Assembly (NCBI GenBank): GCA_020725385.1
Contig: DYFC01000004.1
Span: 1-33,577, forward strand
DNA from: Nitrospira japonica
Lineage (GTDB): Bacteria; Nitrospirota; Thermodesulfovibrionia; Thermodesulfovibrionales; SM23-35
Direction: 5' to 3'
DNA: 33,577 bases
The notes below the pieces were generated by a model. That model had not been told where the DNA came from. It was given only the letters and a program-made list of their open reading frames with translations, and did no database searches. The translations under genes were made by a program, and so were the position numbers. Within the stretch, counting starts at the first letter, position 1; each line of letters begins with the position of its first letter. Below, piece after piece: positions 9,695 to 18,372 of this stretch.

Positions 9695-10259
9695 ACCCAC
9701 AGTTGTAACAACGATATTTCTATTCTTAATATCATTCGCAATTTTTTTAATTCTTTTAACCTATGTTAAATCACAATATAGTTATACCCTAACCTATATT
9801 TCTTCAGAAATAGCTTCAAAAATAAAAGACGTAAAGCTTATGAAAATAGAAGAAAATGGAACGGACTTCTTTCTTGTAAATTTCATAAGTATGAAAGAGA
9901 TTTCCCCTGTTATATTTCAGGCAAAAATAAATACGATTTTTACTTTTACCTTGCCAATAACCCTTGCCATATTTGTTTCCCTATTACCCTACCTGGAAAA
10001 AAGAATTAGGGCAACAATAGAAGTTATTATAATTCTAATTTCAATACATATTCTGTATATTATTTCACATGAATTATATGAATTAACAAAATTTTTGATT
10101 TATAGAGAAATTGAACAACCCAAAAAATTTCCTTTTTACTTTTATCAGTATCTTTCTGTTTTTACAAAAGCAATGATAATCAGGTTTGAACCTTTCCTTG
10201 TAGGTTTATATATTTATCTCAGATTTAGAAGAAAAAATGTCTCTCAGGAAGCGTCATAA
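9663..10259 (+). CDS. Exosortase H-associated membrane protein (putative)
   Basis: About 4 TM helices, overlaps the 3' end of xrtH. ATG at 9663 (MHKILNK) is preferred over the ORF-track start at 9636. Assignment rests mainly on context. Confidence 0.6.
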   Translation: MHKILNKILHKPTVVTTIFLFLISFAIFLILLTYVKSQYSYTLTYISSEIASKIKDVKLMKIEENGTDFFLVNFISMKEISPVIFQAKINTIFTFTLPITLAIFVSLLPYLEKRIRATIEVIIILISIHILYIISHELYELTKFLIYREIEQPKKFPFYFYQYLSVFTKAMIIRFEPFLVGLYIYLRFRRKNVSQEAS

Positions 10260-11194
10260 TCTCCCATCCGGTAATAATAATTATCATAAAATACATCAGA
10301 CGTTATTCCGCATTCTTTATTAACAGATTTAAAAGCAATAGGAATATTATCTTCGGATTCAAACCCTAATTTTTCTAATATAGAATTTATTTTTTCTGAA
10401 GGATGAAACCATGCTTTTATTCCTTCAATCATCCCGGATTTATCAAATGTATATTTTTCAATTGATACAATTAGATCTTTTAAAGAAGATATGTCCTTTA
10501 CAAAAATATCTAATATTTCCAGCCATCTTTCATTAAGCGAAACAACTGCGAAGCCTTTTAAAATGTTATATTTTTTAGAAACAAGCAACCTGTATTTTTT
10601 TATGGGTGATTGACAGTACCTCCATTTAATATATGTATTATTTTTAATCAGTTTAAACACCTGTTCGCGTCTCTCAAAATATTCTTGCTGTATTCCATAG
10701 TTATGAAAATAATTCCAATCATCTTCTATCTTCAAAAAGAAGCTTCCAAAATGTCCCCGGGTTGTTACTTTTTTATACAATTTAACAAATCTATAACCTT
10801 CACCGCCCAATCTCAATGACTGTAGTCTCGCATGTCTGACAGAAGGAAACCCAAAAGCAAAATCCATTTCATTTTCCTTATAAAACATTTCTCCAAGTTT
10901 AACAATTATTGGTGATTTACTCACATAGAAACCTCTATATTCGGGATGTGTCATAACATCGCAAAACTGATAAGCATTTAAAAGTTTATCTCTAAAAATG
11001 AATTTCATCTTTATTCCACCATAATGTGCGATTACATTATTACCATCCACAGCAACTATCGCTGCGCTACCCCATGGAGAATTTTTATACTTCCATGCCC
11101 ATTCTTCACGGGACATTTCTTTGCCAAAACATTTTGAGAAAAGCTCTCTAATACCTTCTTCGTCTGAATTGTTATATTTTCTTATTTCAATCAT
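10244..11194 (-). CDS. GNAT-family acyltransferase of the type found in polysaccharide loci
   Basis: WAWKYKNSP, DVMTHPEYRG, FAFGFPS, YIKWRY, C-terminal MGDYD; last gene of the wzm-wzt-GT2 operon. Confidence 0.8.
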   Translation of the reverse strand: MIEIRKYNNSDEEGIRELFSKCFGKEMSREEWAWKYKNSPWGSAAIVAVDGNNVIAHYGGIKMKFIFRDKLLNAYQFCDVMTHPEYRGFYVSKSPIIVKLGEMFYKENEMDFAFGFPSVRHARLQSLRLGGEGYRFVKLYKKVTTRGHFGSFFLKIEDDWNYFHNYGIQQEYFERREQVFKLIKNNTYIKWRYCQSPIKKYRLLVSKKYNILKGFAVVSLNERWLEILDIFVKDISSLKDLIVSIEKYTFDKSGMIEGIKAWFHPSEKINSILEKLGFESEDNIPIAFKSVNKECGITSDVFYDNYYYRMGDYDAS

Positions 11195-11205
11195 GATTAA
11201 TTCAT

Positions 11206-12312
11206 TTAAAGATGTTTTGTAAAACTAATGCTCTTTAATTCATTAAATCTTTCAAGAGAAATAACTTTTACAAAATATCTTCCATCACTTAATCTTTCCC
11301 ATATATCACGGTTTATTGTTATAATGCCATTCTTCAAAAAAGCCCCGGCCGAAGGTATCATACATTCAACCGGAGACAATAGCAGCAATTTTTCACTGTT
11401 ATTTTTAACATTAAAAGCAAAAGGTTCACTAAGTAAGCCTATATTTTCATATAAACTTTTTTTCTGAATATTTTTAGATTTAAATATCTTATTCAAAACA
11501 CCGAATATATGATTTTCAAATTTAAAATGTTTCTTTAGAAACATCTGCATTGATAAATTGAATTTTAAATTTGCAGATTCCTTTTCCTGTTTTGCGCTTT
11601 GATTATAAAAATGAACTACATTAGCTTCGGGAACATAATATAATTTATAACCCGCTTTTTTAACCCGCAAGAACCAGTCTGTATCCTCAAAATACAGGGG
11701 AAATAGTTCATCAAAGTTCCCGACCATATTTATAATATTTTTTCGTGTCATAATACATGAGCCGGATATTAATCCAACTTCGATATATTTTTTTGCTTTC
11801 CAGTATAATAAAGTCTTTTTTAACCATTTACTTAAAACATATTGTTCTAAATAAACATTATGCGATGCAAGATTCTTCAAGAAAACATAGCCAGGAGTTA
11901 TTAACTCGTTATTAGGCAATAAGAAAGTTTGTCTTTCGTCCCACCACACCCTTGGACTTACCGCGCCACAGTTAGAGAGACTACCAAAAGCCGAAACCAG
12001 CTCTTTGATACTATTCTCCATGTATAGCACATCAGGGTTACTAATAAGTATATATTCACCTTTTGACAGTTTTAGTCCTATATTTACCGCTTTAGCATAT
12101 CCTATATTATTTTCATTTAATATTAAAAAGACATTATTATGCTGTTTCAGCTTTTCTAAATTTATTATTTCTTCTTTACGCGACCCGTTATCTATAACAA
12201 TTAATTCGAAAGAATAATGGTCCATGTTTCTTAATAAGGATTGAAAACATTCAAGCAATAACGATGTACTGTTATAATTAACGATTATTATTGATAAATC
12301 AATATGTCCCAT
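11206..12312 (-). CDS. Glycosyltransferase family 2 (WbbL/rhamnosyltransferase-like) with C-terminal extension
   Basis: SIIIVNYN, VIDNGS, NIGYAKAVNIG, NPD, GNFDELFPLYFEDTDW. Confidence 0.9.
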   Translation of the reverse strand: MGHIDLSIIIVNYNSTSLLLECFQSLLRNMDHYSFELIVIDNGSRKEEIINLEKLKQHNNVFLILNENNIGYAKAVNIGLKLSKGEYILISNPDVLYMENSIKELVSAFGSLSNCGAVSPRVWWDERQTFLLPNNELITPGYVFLKNLASHNVYLEQYVLSKWLKKTLLYWKAKKYIEVGLISGSCIMTRKNIINMVGNFDELFPLYFEDTDWFLRVKKAGYKLYYVPEANVVHFYNQSAKQEKESANLKFNLSMQMFLKKHFKFENHIFGVLNKIFKSKNIQKKSLYENIGLLSEPFAFNVKNNSEKLLLLSPVECMIPSAGAFLKNGIITINRDIWERLSDGRYFVKVISLERFNELKSISFTKHL

Positions 12313-13484
12313 TTATGTGGCAGGTAACAAACTCCCCATTCTTTATCTTTAGTATTTATTTTAAACATATCCGACTCTTTTCTGTCATAAATGCATATTC
12401 CTGTCTCGTCAAGTAAAAAAATTACAAACTTATAAGTACCTCCAAGCAAAGGGAACTTTTCAAAAAAAATTTTGACATGTTTTGAGCCGGGACCTCTAAA
12501 CGGCTTTTCCTCCTGCATGTGCATACTATTGGCATAACAACATAAGCCATCATTTCTATCAACTGCGAATCCCACATGAACAAATTTATCCTGATAAACA
12601 TCAAAATTTATTATTACTTCAACATTTGAACCGTGTTGTAATAAATCCTTTACTGGAAAACCATTTTCTTTTATTTCAATATTCTTTATTTCAGCAATTT
12701 TACTTTCTATCTCATTTTTTTTCACTATTTGAGCTTTATTGTGCTGAATTTTTTCTTTTTCTCTTAAATAGTCTTCATACACCGAGATAACACTTTTTGT
12801 TTCACCTATTTTCTCAATGCAACCTTCTTTTAACCACATAACCCTGTCACAGAAATTTGAAATTGTATATAATGAATGAGAACAAAATAATATTGTCACA
12901 CCATTTCTCTTAAGTTCCCATATTCTATCAATACATTTTTTTTCAAATAAACCGTCCCCGACTGCCAGTGCTTCATCTATTACAACAATATCGGCATTTA
13001 CATTAACCGCGAGCGAAAAAGCAACCCTGAGATACATGCCGGTTGAATAAGTTTTAACAGGCATATCAAAAAAATCCCCTATTTCCGCAAAACTTGCAAT
13101 ATCATCTATTTTACTATTTATCTCATCAAGAGTAAGCCCTAAGAGTGTACCATTTAAAAGCACATTTTCTCTGCCTGTAAACTCGGGATTAAAACCCGTT
13201 CCAAGCTCAAGTATCGCCGAAACTTTGCCATAGACTTCTATTTTCCCTGATAAAGGTTCAATAACACCGGAGACTAATTTCAGGAAAGTGCTTTTGCCAG
13301 CCCCGTTCTCGCCGATTATTCCGAGAGTTTCTCCTTTTTTGATTTTGATATTGATTGGTCCGAGCGCTTTAAAAGCCCTATGTTTTTTTTTCTTCAAAAA
13401 AATTTCTTTTAGCCTGTCAACAGGCCGGTCATATATATAATATTCTTTCTGAAGTTCCTCAGCTTTTATTATAATATCATCCAT
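12288..13484 (-). CDS. wzt: Polysaccharide ABC exporter ATPase with C-terminal Wzt_C carbohydrate-binding domain
   Basis: Walker A GENGAGKST, YSTGM signature, IDEALAVGD, SH switch, ~150-aa beta-rich C-terminal domain. Confidence 0.92.
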   Translation of the reverse strand: MDDIIIKAEELQKEYYIYDRPVDRLKEIFLKKKKHRAFKALGPINIKIKKGETLGIIGENGAGKSTFLKLVSGVIEPLSGKIEVYGKVSAILELGTGFNPEFTGRENVLLNGTLLGLTLDEINSKIDDIASFAEIGDFFDMPVKTYSTGMYLRVAFSLAVNVNADIVVIDEALAVGDGLFEKKCIDRIWELKRNGVTILFCSHSLYTISNFCDRVMWLKEGCIEKIGETKSVISVYEDYLREKEKIQHNKAQIVKKNEIESKIAEIKNIEIKENGFPVKDLLQHGSNVEVIINFDVYQDKFVHVGFAVDRNDGLCCYANSMHMQEEKPFRGPGSKHVKIFFEKFPLLGGTYKFVIFLLDETGICIYDRKESDMFKINTKDKEWGVCYLPHKWDILIYQ

Positions 13485-14284
13485 TATAATGTATCCTTGA
13501 AAGCCTCTTCGGTCTTATTGAACAAATAATAACCAGAAATAAAAACAAACACGGAAAATAACGCAGGGTAATAAAATAAATTCAATGGTGGAATGTTTCC
13601 TTTAATAAGAATAGCTCTATATATTTCTACAATATAATAAAAAGGATTAATTGAAAATACCCATTTCAAACCGGATGGGATAACACCGGAAGGATAAACA
13701 ATTGGTGTTAAAAAGAAAATTAGATTTAAAACCATCCCCAATCCTTGAACAATATCTCTAAAAAACACGGCTAAACTCCCGAGTCCCAAAGATAGTCCTA
13801 TAATAATCATTACTTCTATTAATAAAGGGATAGTAAAAAAAGGCAGTGTTTGAATATTAAAAGAACCATTAACAAGAAGCATAATAAAATAAAAAAACAT
13901 ATATATACCAAAAGTTATAGCGCTTGAACCTATCACTGATAAAGTGCATATCTCGGGAGGAAATTTTATTTTCTTTATTAAATGCGCATTTTCAATAAAA
14001 GTTGTAATCCCCCTGTTTGTTGCTTCCGAGAAAAAAATCCATGGTATAAGTCCTGCAAGCAAATACACAACAAAGGAAAAGGTTCCGGCTCCCTCTTCAA
14101 ATCTCACTTTAAGAATAAATGAAAATATAAAAGTATAAAGCATTATCTGATAAAGAGGTACAAATGCAAGCCATAAAGGTCCGAATAGCGAACCGGTATA
14201 TCTTGTTTTAATATCTTTAACGATCATTGTCCATAAAATATATCTGCTTCTGTAAATATCTTTTATTCTTTGTTTTAATGACAT
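13484..14284 (-). CDS. wzm: Polysaccharide ABC exporter permease
   Basis: DIKTRYTGSLFGPLW, LIKKIKFP, FFRD, LTPIVYP, NP...YR, FKDTL. The probable start is MSLKQ at 14284; the upstream extension is low-complexity. Confidence 0.92.
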   Translation of the reverse strand: MSLKQRIKDIYRSRYILWTMIVKDIKTRYTGSLFGPLWLAFVPLYQIMLYTFIFSFILKVRFEEGAGTFSFVVYLLAGLIPWIFFSEATNRGITTFIENAHLIKKIKFPPEICTLSVIGSSAITFGIYMFFYFIMLLVNGSFNIQTLPFFTIPLLIEVMIIIGLSLGLGSLAVFFRDIVQGLGMVLNLIFFLTPIVYPSGVIPSGLKWVFSINPFYYIVEIYRAILIKGNIPPLNLFYYPALFSVFVFISGYYLFNKTEEAFKDTL

Positions 14285-14431
14285 TAATATATTATACATT
14301 AACCAGAAAAACGGTATTAACCTGAAAAAACCTTCTGATATTATAATGTTTTTAAATTCATAAGATATTGGAAATGCAAAAATATTATAATAGACTAATT
14401 TAATATTTTTATTCAAAATTTTAAAACTTAA

Positions 14432-15472
14432 ATGTTTTCATTTAAATCAAAATTCAGAATAACTTACCTTCTTGAAAGCACCGAACTCTGGGGCGGGGTT
14501 AAGGTAGTTTTTGAACAAGCTGAAGCGTTAAAAGAAGCTGGTCATAAATTAACAATATTATCTAAAGATTCAGATCCTGATTGGTATGAATTAAAACTAC
14601 CACTCATTAAAGTAGCAAAATTCGATGACAATACTATTCCAGAATCCGATATAATAGTCGGAACTTACTGGACAACCATTAAAGAAGCCTATCCAACAAA
14701 AAAAGGAATTTTAGTCCATCTTTGTCAGGGTTATGAAGGCGGAAACAAAGAATTACAACACTTGAAAGCAGAAATAGATAATATATATAAAATTAAAATA
14801 CCGAAACTAACAATCTCACCCCATTTGAATATATTTATAAAAAATAATTTTGGTTCAGATACATATTATATAGGTCAAATTATAAATAGAGAAATCTTCT
14901 ATCCTGATTCCACCAAAAAATTTAAAACCGCAAATAATAATTTCAAAGTACTTATAGTAGGTCCGTTTGAAGCAGATGTAAAAAATATATCTACATCTTT
15001 AAAAGGCATCGTTATCGCAAAAAAAGAATATAATATACCAATTAATTTAACAAGAGTCTCACAGTTTAAGCTAACTGATGAAGAAAAAAAGATTATTAAT
15101 CCGGATCATTATTATTTCCATGTGCCATACAGCTCTATGGGAGAAATTTATAGAAATTCTGATTTACTTATTTCTATGTCAAAAGAAGCCGAAGGGTTCG
15201 GATTGCCGCCGCTTGAGGCAATGGCATGCGGTATTCCCACAATTTTAAGTAAAATACCAGCTCATTTATCTTATGATCCGGAACATAATTATGCTTTATT
15301 TTGTGATAATAATCCTGAATCAATAGCCGGTGCTATATCTAAAATTTACAATGATTCATCCCTAAAGAAAAATATTATTTCGAATGGGTTCAGAATTACA
15401 GCTAAATTTAGCAAAGAAAGTGTACAGGCAAGACTAATGGATGCTTTTAAGAAAATCATTAAATATCATTAA
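14432..15472 (+). CDS. Glycosyltransferase family 4 (WsaF-like)
   Basis: GGVKVVFEQAEAL...GH, GTYWTT, CQGYE, EGFGLPPLEAMACG (EX7E). Confidence 0.88.
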   Translation: MFSFKSKFRITYLLESTELWGGVKVVFEQAEALKEAGHKLTILSKDSDPDWYELKLPLIKVAKFDDNTIPESDIIVGTYWTTIKEAYPTKKGILVHLCQGYEGGNKELQHLKAEIDNIYKIKIPKLTISPHLNIFIKNNFGSDTYYIGQIINREIFYPDSTKKFKTANNNFKVLIVGPFEADVKNISTSLKGIVIAKKEYNIPINLTRVSQFKLTDEEKKIINPDHYYFHVPYSSMGEIYRNSDLLISMSKEAEGFGLPPLEAMACGIPTILSKIPAHLSYDPEHNYALFCDNNPESIAGAISKIYNDSSLKKNIISNGFRITAKFSKESVQARLMDAFKKIIKYH

Positions 15473-15514
15473 TTTTACTTAAGAATTTGTTTCTAATAAT
15501 CAAAGGCTCAAATA

Positions 15515-17170
15515 ATGACAAAATTTAATGTGCATTTTAACAGAGAAAGTTTAATTAAATTTGCTTTAGTAACAATACTAATTATTATATTGTATTTCTT
15601 TTACAAACCACTTCTAAATAACTGGTTCAGATCAGACGACTTATATCTAATGTGGGCATCTGCTAAATTAAGTCTTTTTGAAATATTCTTTGTGCCCGAA
15701 AAACACAGACTGCTATCGAGTAATTTTAATCCAATGTATGGACTCTCCTTTAAAATAGACTGGATGCTATTCAAAATGAATGCTTACGGTTATGCGATTC
15801 ATTGCATAATTTCAACAATCCTATCATCTTTAATGCTTTTTTTTCTTTTGAGATTATTTACAAATATATGGCTTTCATTCCTGGGAGTTGTATTCTTTTT
15901 ATTAAATCCATTAACTCTTAATATGACCGGCCTTTTTTTCAGACGGCATTATACAGAAGGACTTTTATTCTCATTCTTAAGCCTTTATTTATTCATAATC
16001 TCCGAAAAAAAAGAAACCCCATTTGGGAAAAGCAAGATTTTATCATCTTTGTGCTATTTAATAGCATCACTTTATAGAGAAATATATGTTATTCTCCCTG
16101 CAATCGCATTTTTAAATTCAAAAGAAAAAACATTTTCAAAAAAAATAAAAAGCACTCTCTCCTTCTGGATAGCATTAATTATTTACTCAATCTGGAGATT
16201 AACGATAAGAGAAGGTTTGGGCGGGTACCCAAGCAATCAATCATTTCTATCAATTGAAAATCTTAAAATTATTCCTCAGGTTATAAATTCTTTTGCTATA
16301 TACTGGTCACAAAATTTTCATATAATAGGGTACATTTACATTTTTTTATTACTTTTATCTGCAATAAAATATCCCCGTTTCATTATAATTTTTTTAATAC
16401 TTTTTATACCTATAATGCCGGTTTCAAACATAATGAATTACAACCCATTTTTAGAAAAATATTATTTTCATATCATTGTGTTTTTCATAATAGTTACAAT
16501 TTTACTAATTGAAAACCCTCCGTTTAAGCTTAAAGGCTCTACAAAAATTATTATCCCATTGTTAACTTTTTATTTCCTTTTCATATTCATTAAACATGAT
16601 CTTGCTTTCATAAATTCCATGCATCATGAAAGTTCAATCGCAAAAGAAACAGCTATGGAATATATGTACTCGAACAAACTTTTTATTAAACCACAACAGC
16701 CCTACTGGTTTTATATAGGACTTAAAAATATAAATCGAGAATTTCTCAATAGAGAAATAAAGACAGAAATTATACCACCCGAAGAATTTATAAAATATTC
16801 TAAAATTGAAAAACTTAATGAGATGACAGCTTCCGGTGTTAATTTAGACTTTAATAAAGTACTCGAAGACAAAAAGACCTTTAAGGAAGGACCCTTAAAT
16901 ATTAGAATAAAATTAGATAATTTTAAACTTTCATGGGAATTTGGACCTTATAAAAATAAAACATACACTCTTCTAAGGAGTCCAATTAGCGGTATGTATT
17001 ACAATAAATCCGAGCTAAAATCAGAAGGAACTTATATGCTTGCCGGTGATGATAATAAAACAAATGCCATTTTTATCAGAGTTTTATATCATGATGACGG
17101 ACATGAAATTATCTCACCTGAATTTGAACTTAGAATCCCGGGCAGTCAGTTGATAGAATATCAAAAATAG
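15515..17170 (+). CDS. Polytopic membrane protein, probable GT-C-fold glycosyltransferase with periplasmic C-terminal domain
   Basis: WFRSDD after TM1, FNP, GYAIH, YRE motif, EKYYF, ~11-13 TM segments, then a soluble beta-rich tail. Confidence 0.65.
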   Translation: MTKFNVHFNRESLIKFALVTILIIILYFFYKPLLNNWFRSDDLYLMWASAKLSLFEIFFVPEKHRLLSSNFNPMYGLSFKIDWMLFKMNAYGYAIHCIISTILSSLMLFFLLRLFTNIWLSFLGVVFFLLNPLTLNMTGLFFRRHYTEGLLFSFLSLYLFIISEKKETPFGKSKILSSLCYLIASLYREIYVILPAIAFLNSKEKTFSKKIKSTLSFWIALIIYSIWRLTIREGLGGYPSNQSFLSIENLKIIPQVINSFAIYWSQNFHIIGYIYIFLLLLSAIKYPRFIIIFLILFIPIMPVSNIMNYNPFLEKYYFHIIVFFIIVTILLIENPPFKLKGSTKIIIPLLTFYFLFIFIKHDLAFINSMHHESSIAKETAMEYMYSNKLFIKPQQPYWFYIGLKNINREFLNREIKTEIIPPEEFIKYSKIEKLNEMTASGVNLDFNKVLEDKKTFKEGPLNIRIKLDNFKLSWEFGPYKNKTYTLLRSPISGMYYNKSELKSEGTYMLAGDDNKTNAIFIRVLYHDDGHEIISPEFELRIPGSQLIEYQK

Positions 17171-17236
17171 CTAAACCTCAAAAATGCATTTTTCGGTTAA
17201 ACATCAGAACAGCGTGAATTACATCAACATTCTGTT

Positions 17237-18349
17237 TTAAACATACTCATCCATAAAAGGTCTTGTAAAGTTTTTCATACATTTTTTACAAAGTTCGGGA
17301 TAATGATTGTTTATGACAGATTTTCTTAACTCATTCCACTCCCTACATTGCCAGATTTTCATTAATTCATCCTCTATATTAGAATTAAGTGTTATCTTTG
17401 AGATTGGCTTCCCGACGTCCCAGTTGCAGCATGGGAAAATATCGCCGTTAGCCCTTATGCCCATAAATCTAAATGGTTCAGGACATGGAATTTTGTCTTT
17501 GTAAATTTCTTCGGGGTCTAATGCTTTCAATGTATAATATAATTTACTATCATCAAGTAAAATACCTTTTTCACGGGCACTTATCCTGCATAATTCCAAT
17601 ATATTATTCCTGACATCTAAACCAGGATAAATTGCTTCTCCTTCAAGACCTTGAATATGCTCATGAACAGTCACTGGAGAAAGACTGACAAATGAAATAT
17701 TGAGTTTGTTTGAGAGATCAATTATGTCAGGTAATTGTGTAAAATTACTTGCCTGTGCTACAACATTAATTCCAAGAACCGGATTTTCTTTCTTCTTTTG
17801 TTTTTTTATTTCATTTAATAATTGAATATTTTTAATTATTATTTTTAAATCTGCCCCTCTTCGTATTTCCTTAAAAAGTTTCTCATCAGCAGCATCTATA
17901 GATATTACAAGCTGATCAAGACCGCTTTCTATAATTCTTTCAGATAACACAGGATTCAAAAGCATACCGTTACTGACAATACTTACAAATGCCCCTCTTG
18001 ATTTATAAATGCTTATGATTTCAGAAATTCCGGGGTGTAACAGTGGTTCACCCAATCCAAAAGGTTGAATAACCTTTGCAGTATTCGCAAGAACATATGT
18101 AGCCTCAAGCAACTTCCCGTTTATATCCTCTCCTCTCCGGTTACTATAATGAATATTACACATCTTGCAGGAAAGATTACATTTACTTGTAACCTCAACA
18201 AGTAAATGCAAAGGGCTATTAGGACACTTTATCTTTTTATTTGCACGGGAGTTTTTATATAATTCAATATTTTTTTCTCTGTCCATAAAAATATTTAAAA
18301 AATTTTTTTTGCTTTGAATCAAATTTTTCAATGTTTTAAGCATTACCAA
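17237..18349 (-). CDS. Radical SAM protein with SPASM/twitch domain
   Basis: CNLSCKMC, GLGEPLLHP, SIDA, CPEPF...NGDIFPCC...CKKC. Exact start uncertain. Confidence 0.88.
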   Translation of the reverse strand: MVMLKTLKNLIQSKKNFLNIFMDREKNIELYKNSRANKKIKCPNSPLHLLVEVTSKCNLSCKMCNIHYSNRRGEDINGKLLEATYVLANTAKVIQPFGLGEPLLHPGISEIISIYKSRGAFVSIVSNGMLLNPVLSERIIESGLDQLVISIDAADEKLFKEIRRGADLKIIIKNIQLLNEIKKQKKKENPVLGINVVAQASNFTQLPDIIDLSNKLNISFVSLSPVTVHEHIQGLEGEAIYPGLDVRNNILELCRISAREKGILLDDSKLYYTLKALDPEEIYKDKIPCPEPFRFMGIRANGDIFPCCNWDVGKPISKITLNSNIEDELMKIWQCREWNELRKSVINNHYPELCKKCMKNFTRPFMDEYV

Positions 18350-18372
18350 TTCCGTACATATGCTTTTTCAAC

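Noticed and set aside
10244-10259. Convergent 3' overlaps or abutments (xrtH partner/GNAT 16 nt; aspS/aroC 4 nt; rimI/amrS abutting)
   Set aside because: Common in compact AT-rich genomes; no evidence of function
14285-14416. 44-aa N-terminal extension of Wzm in the ORF track
   Set aside because: AT-rich divergent intergenic region; Wzm-like sequence begins at MSLKQ and a TATAAT lies 6 nt upstream of that ATG
17237-18349. Radical SAM/SPASM as a RiPP maturase
   Set aside because: No precursor peptide or PqqD/RRE domain visible; the context is glycosylation
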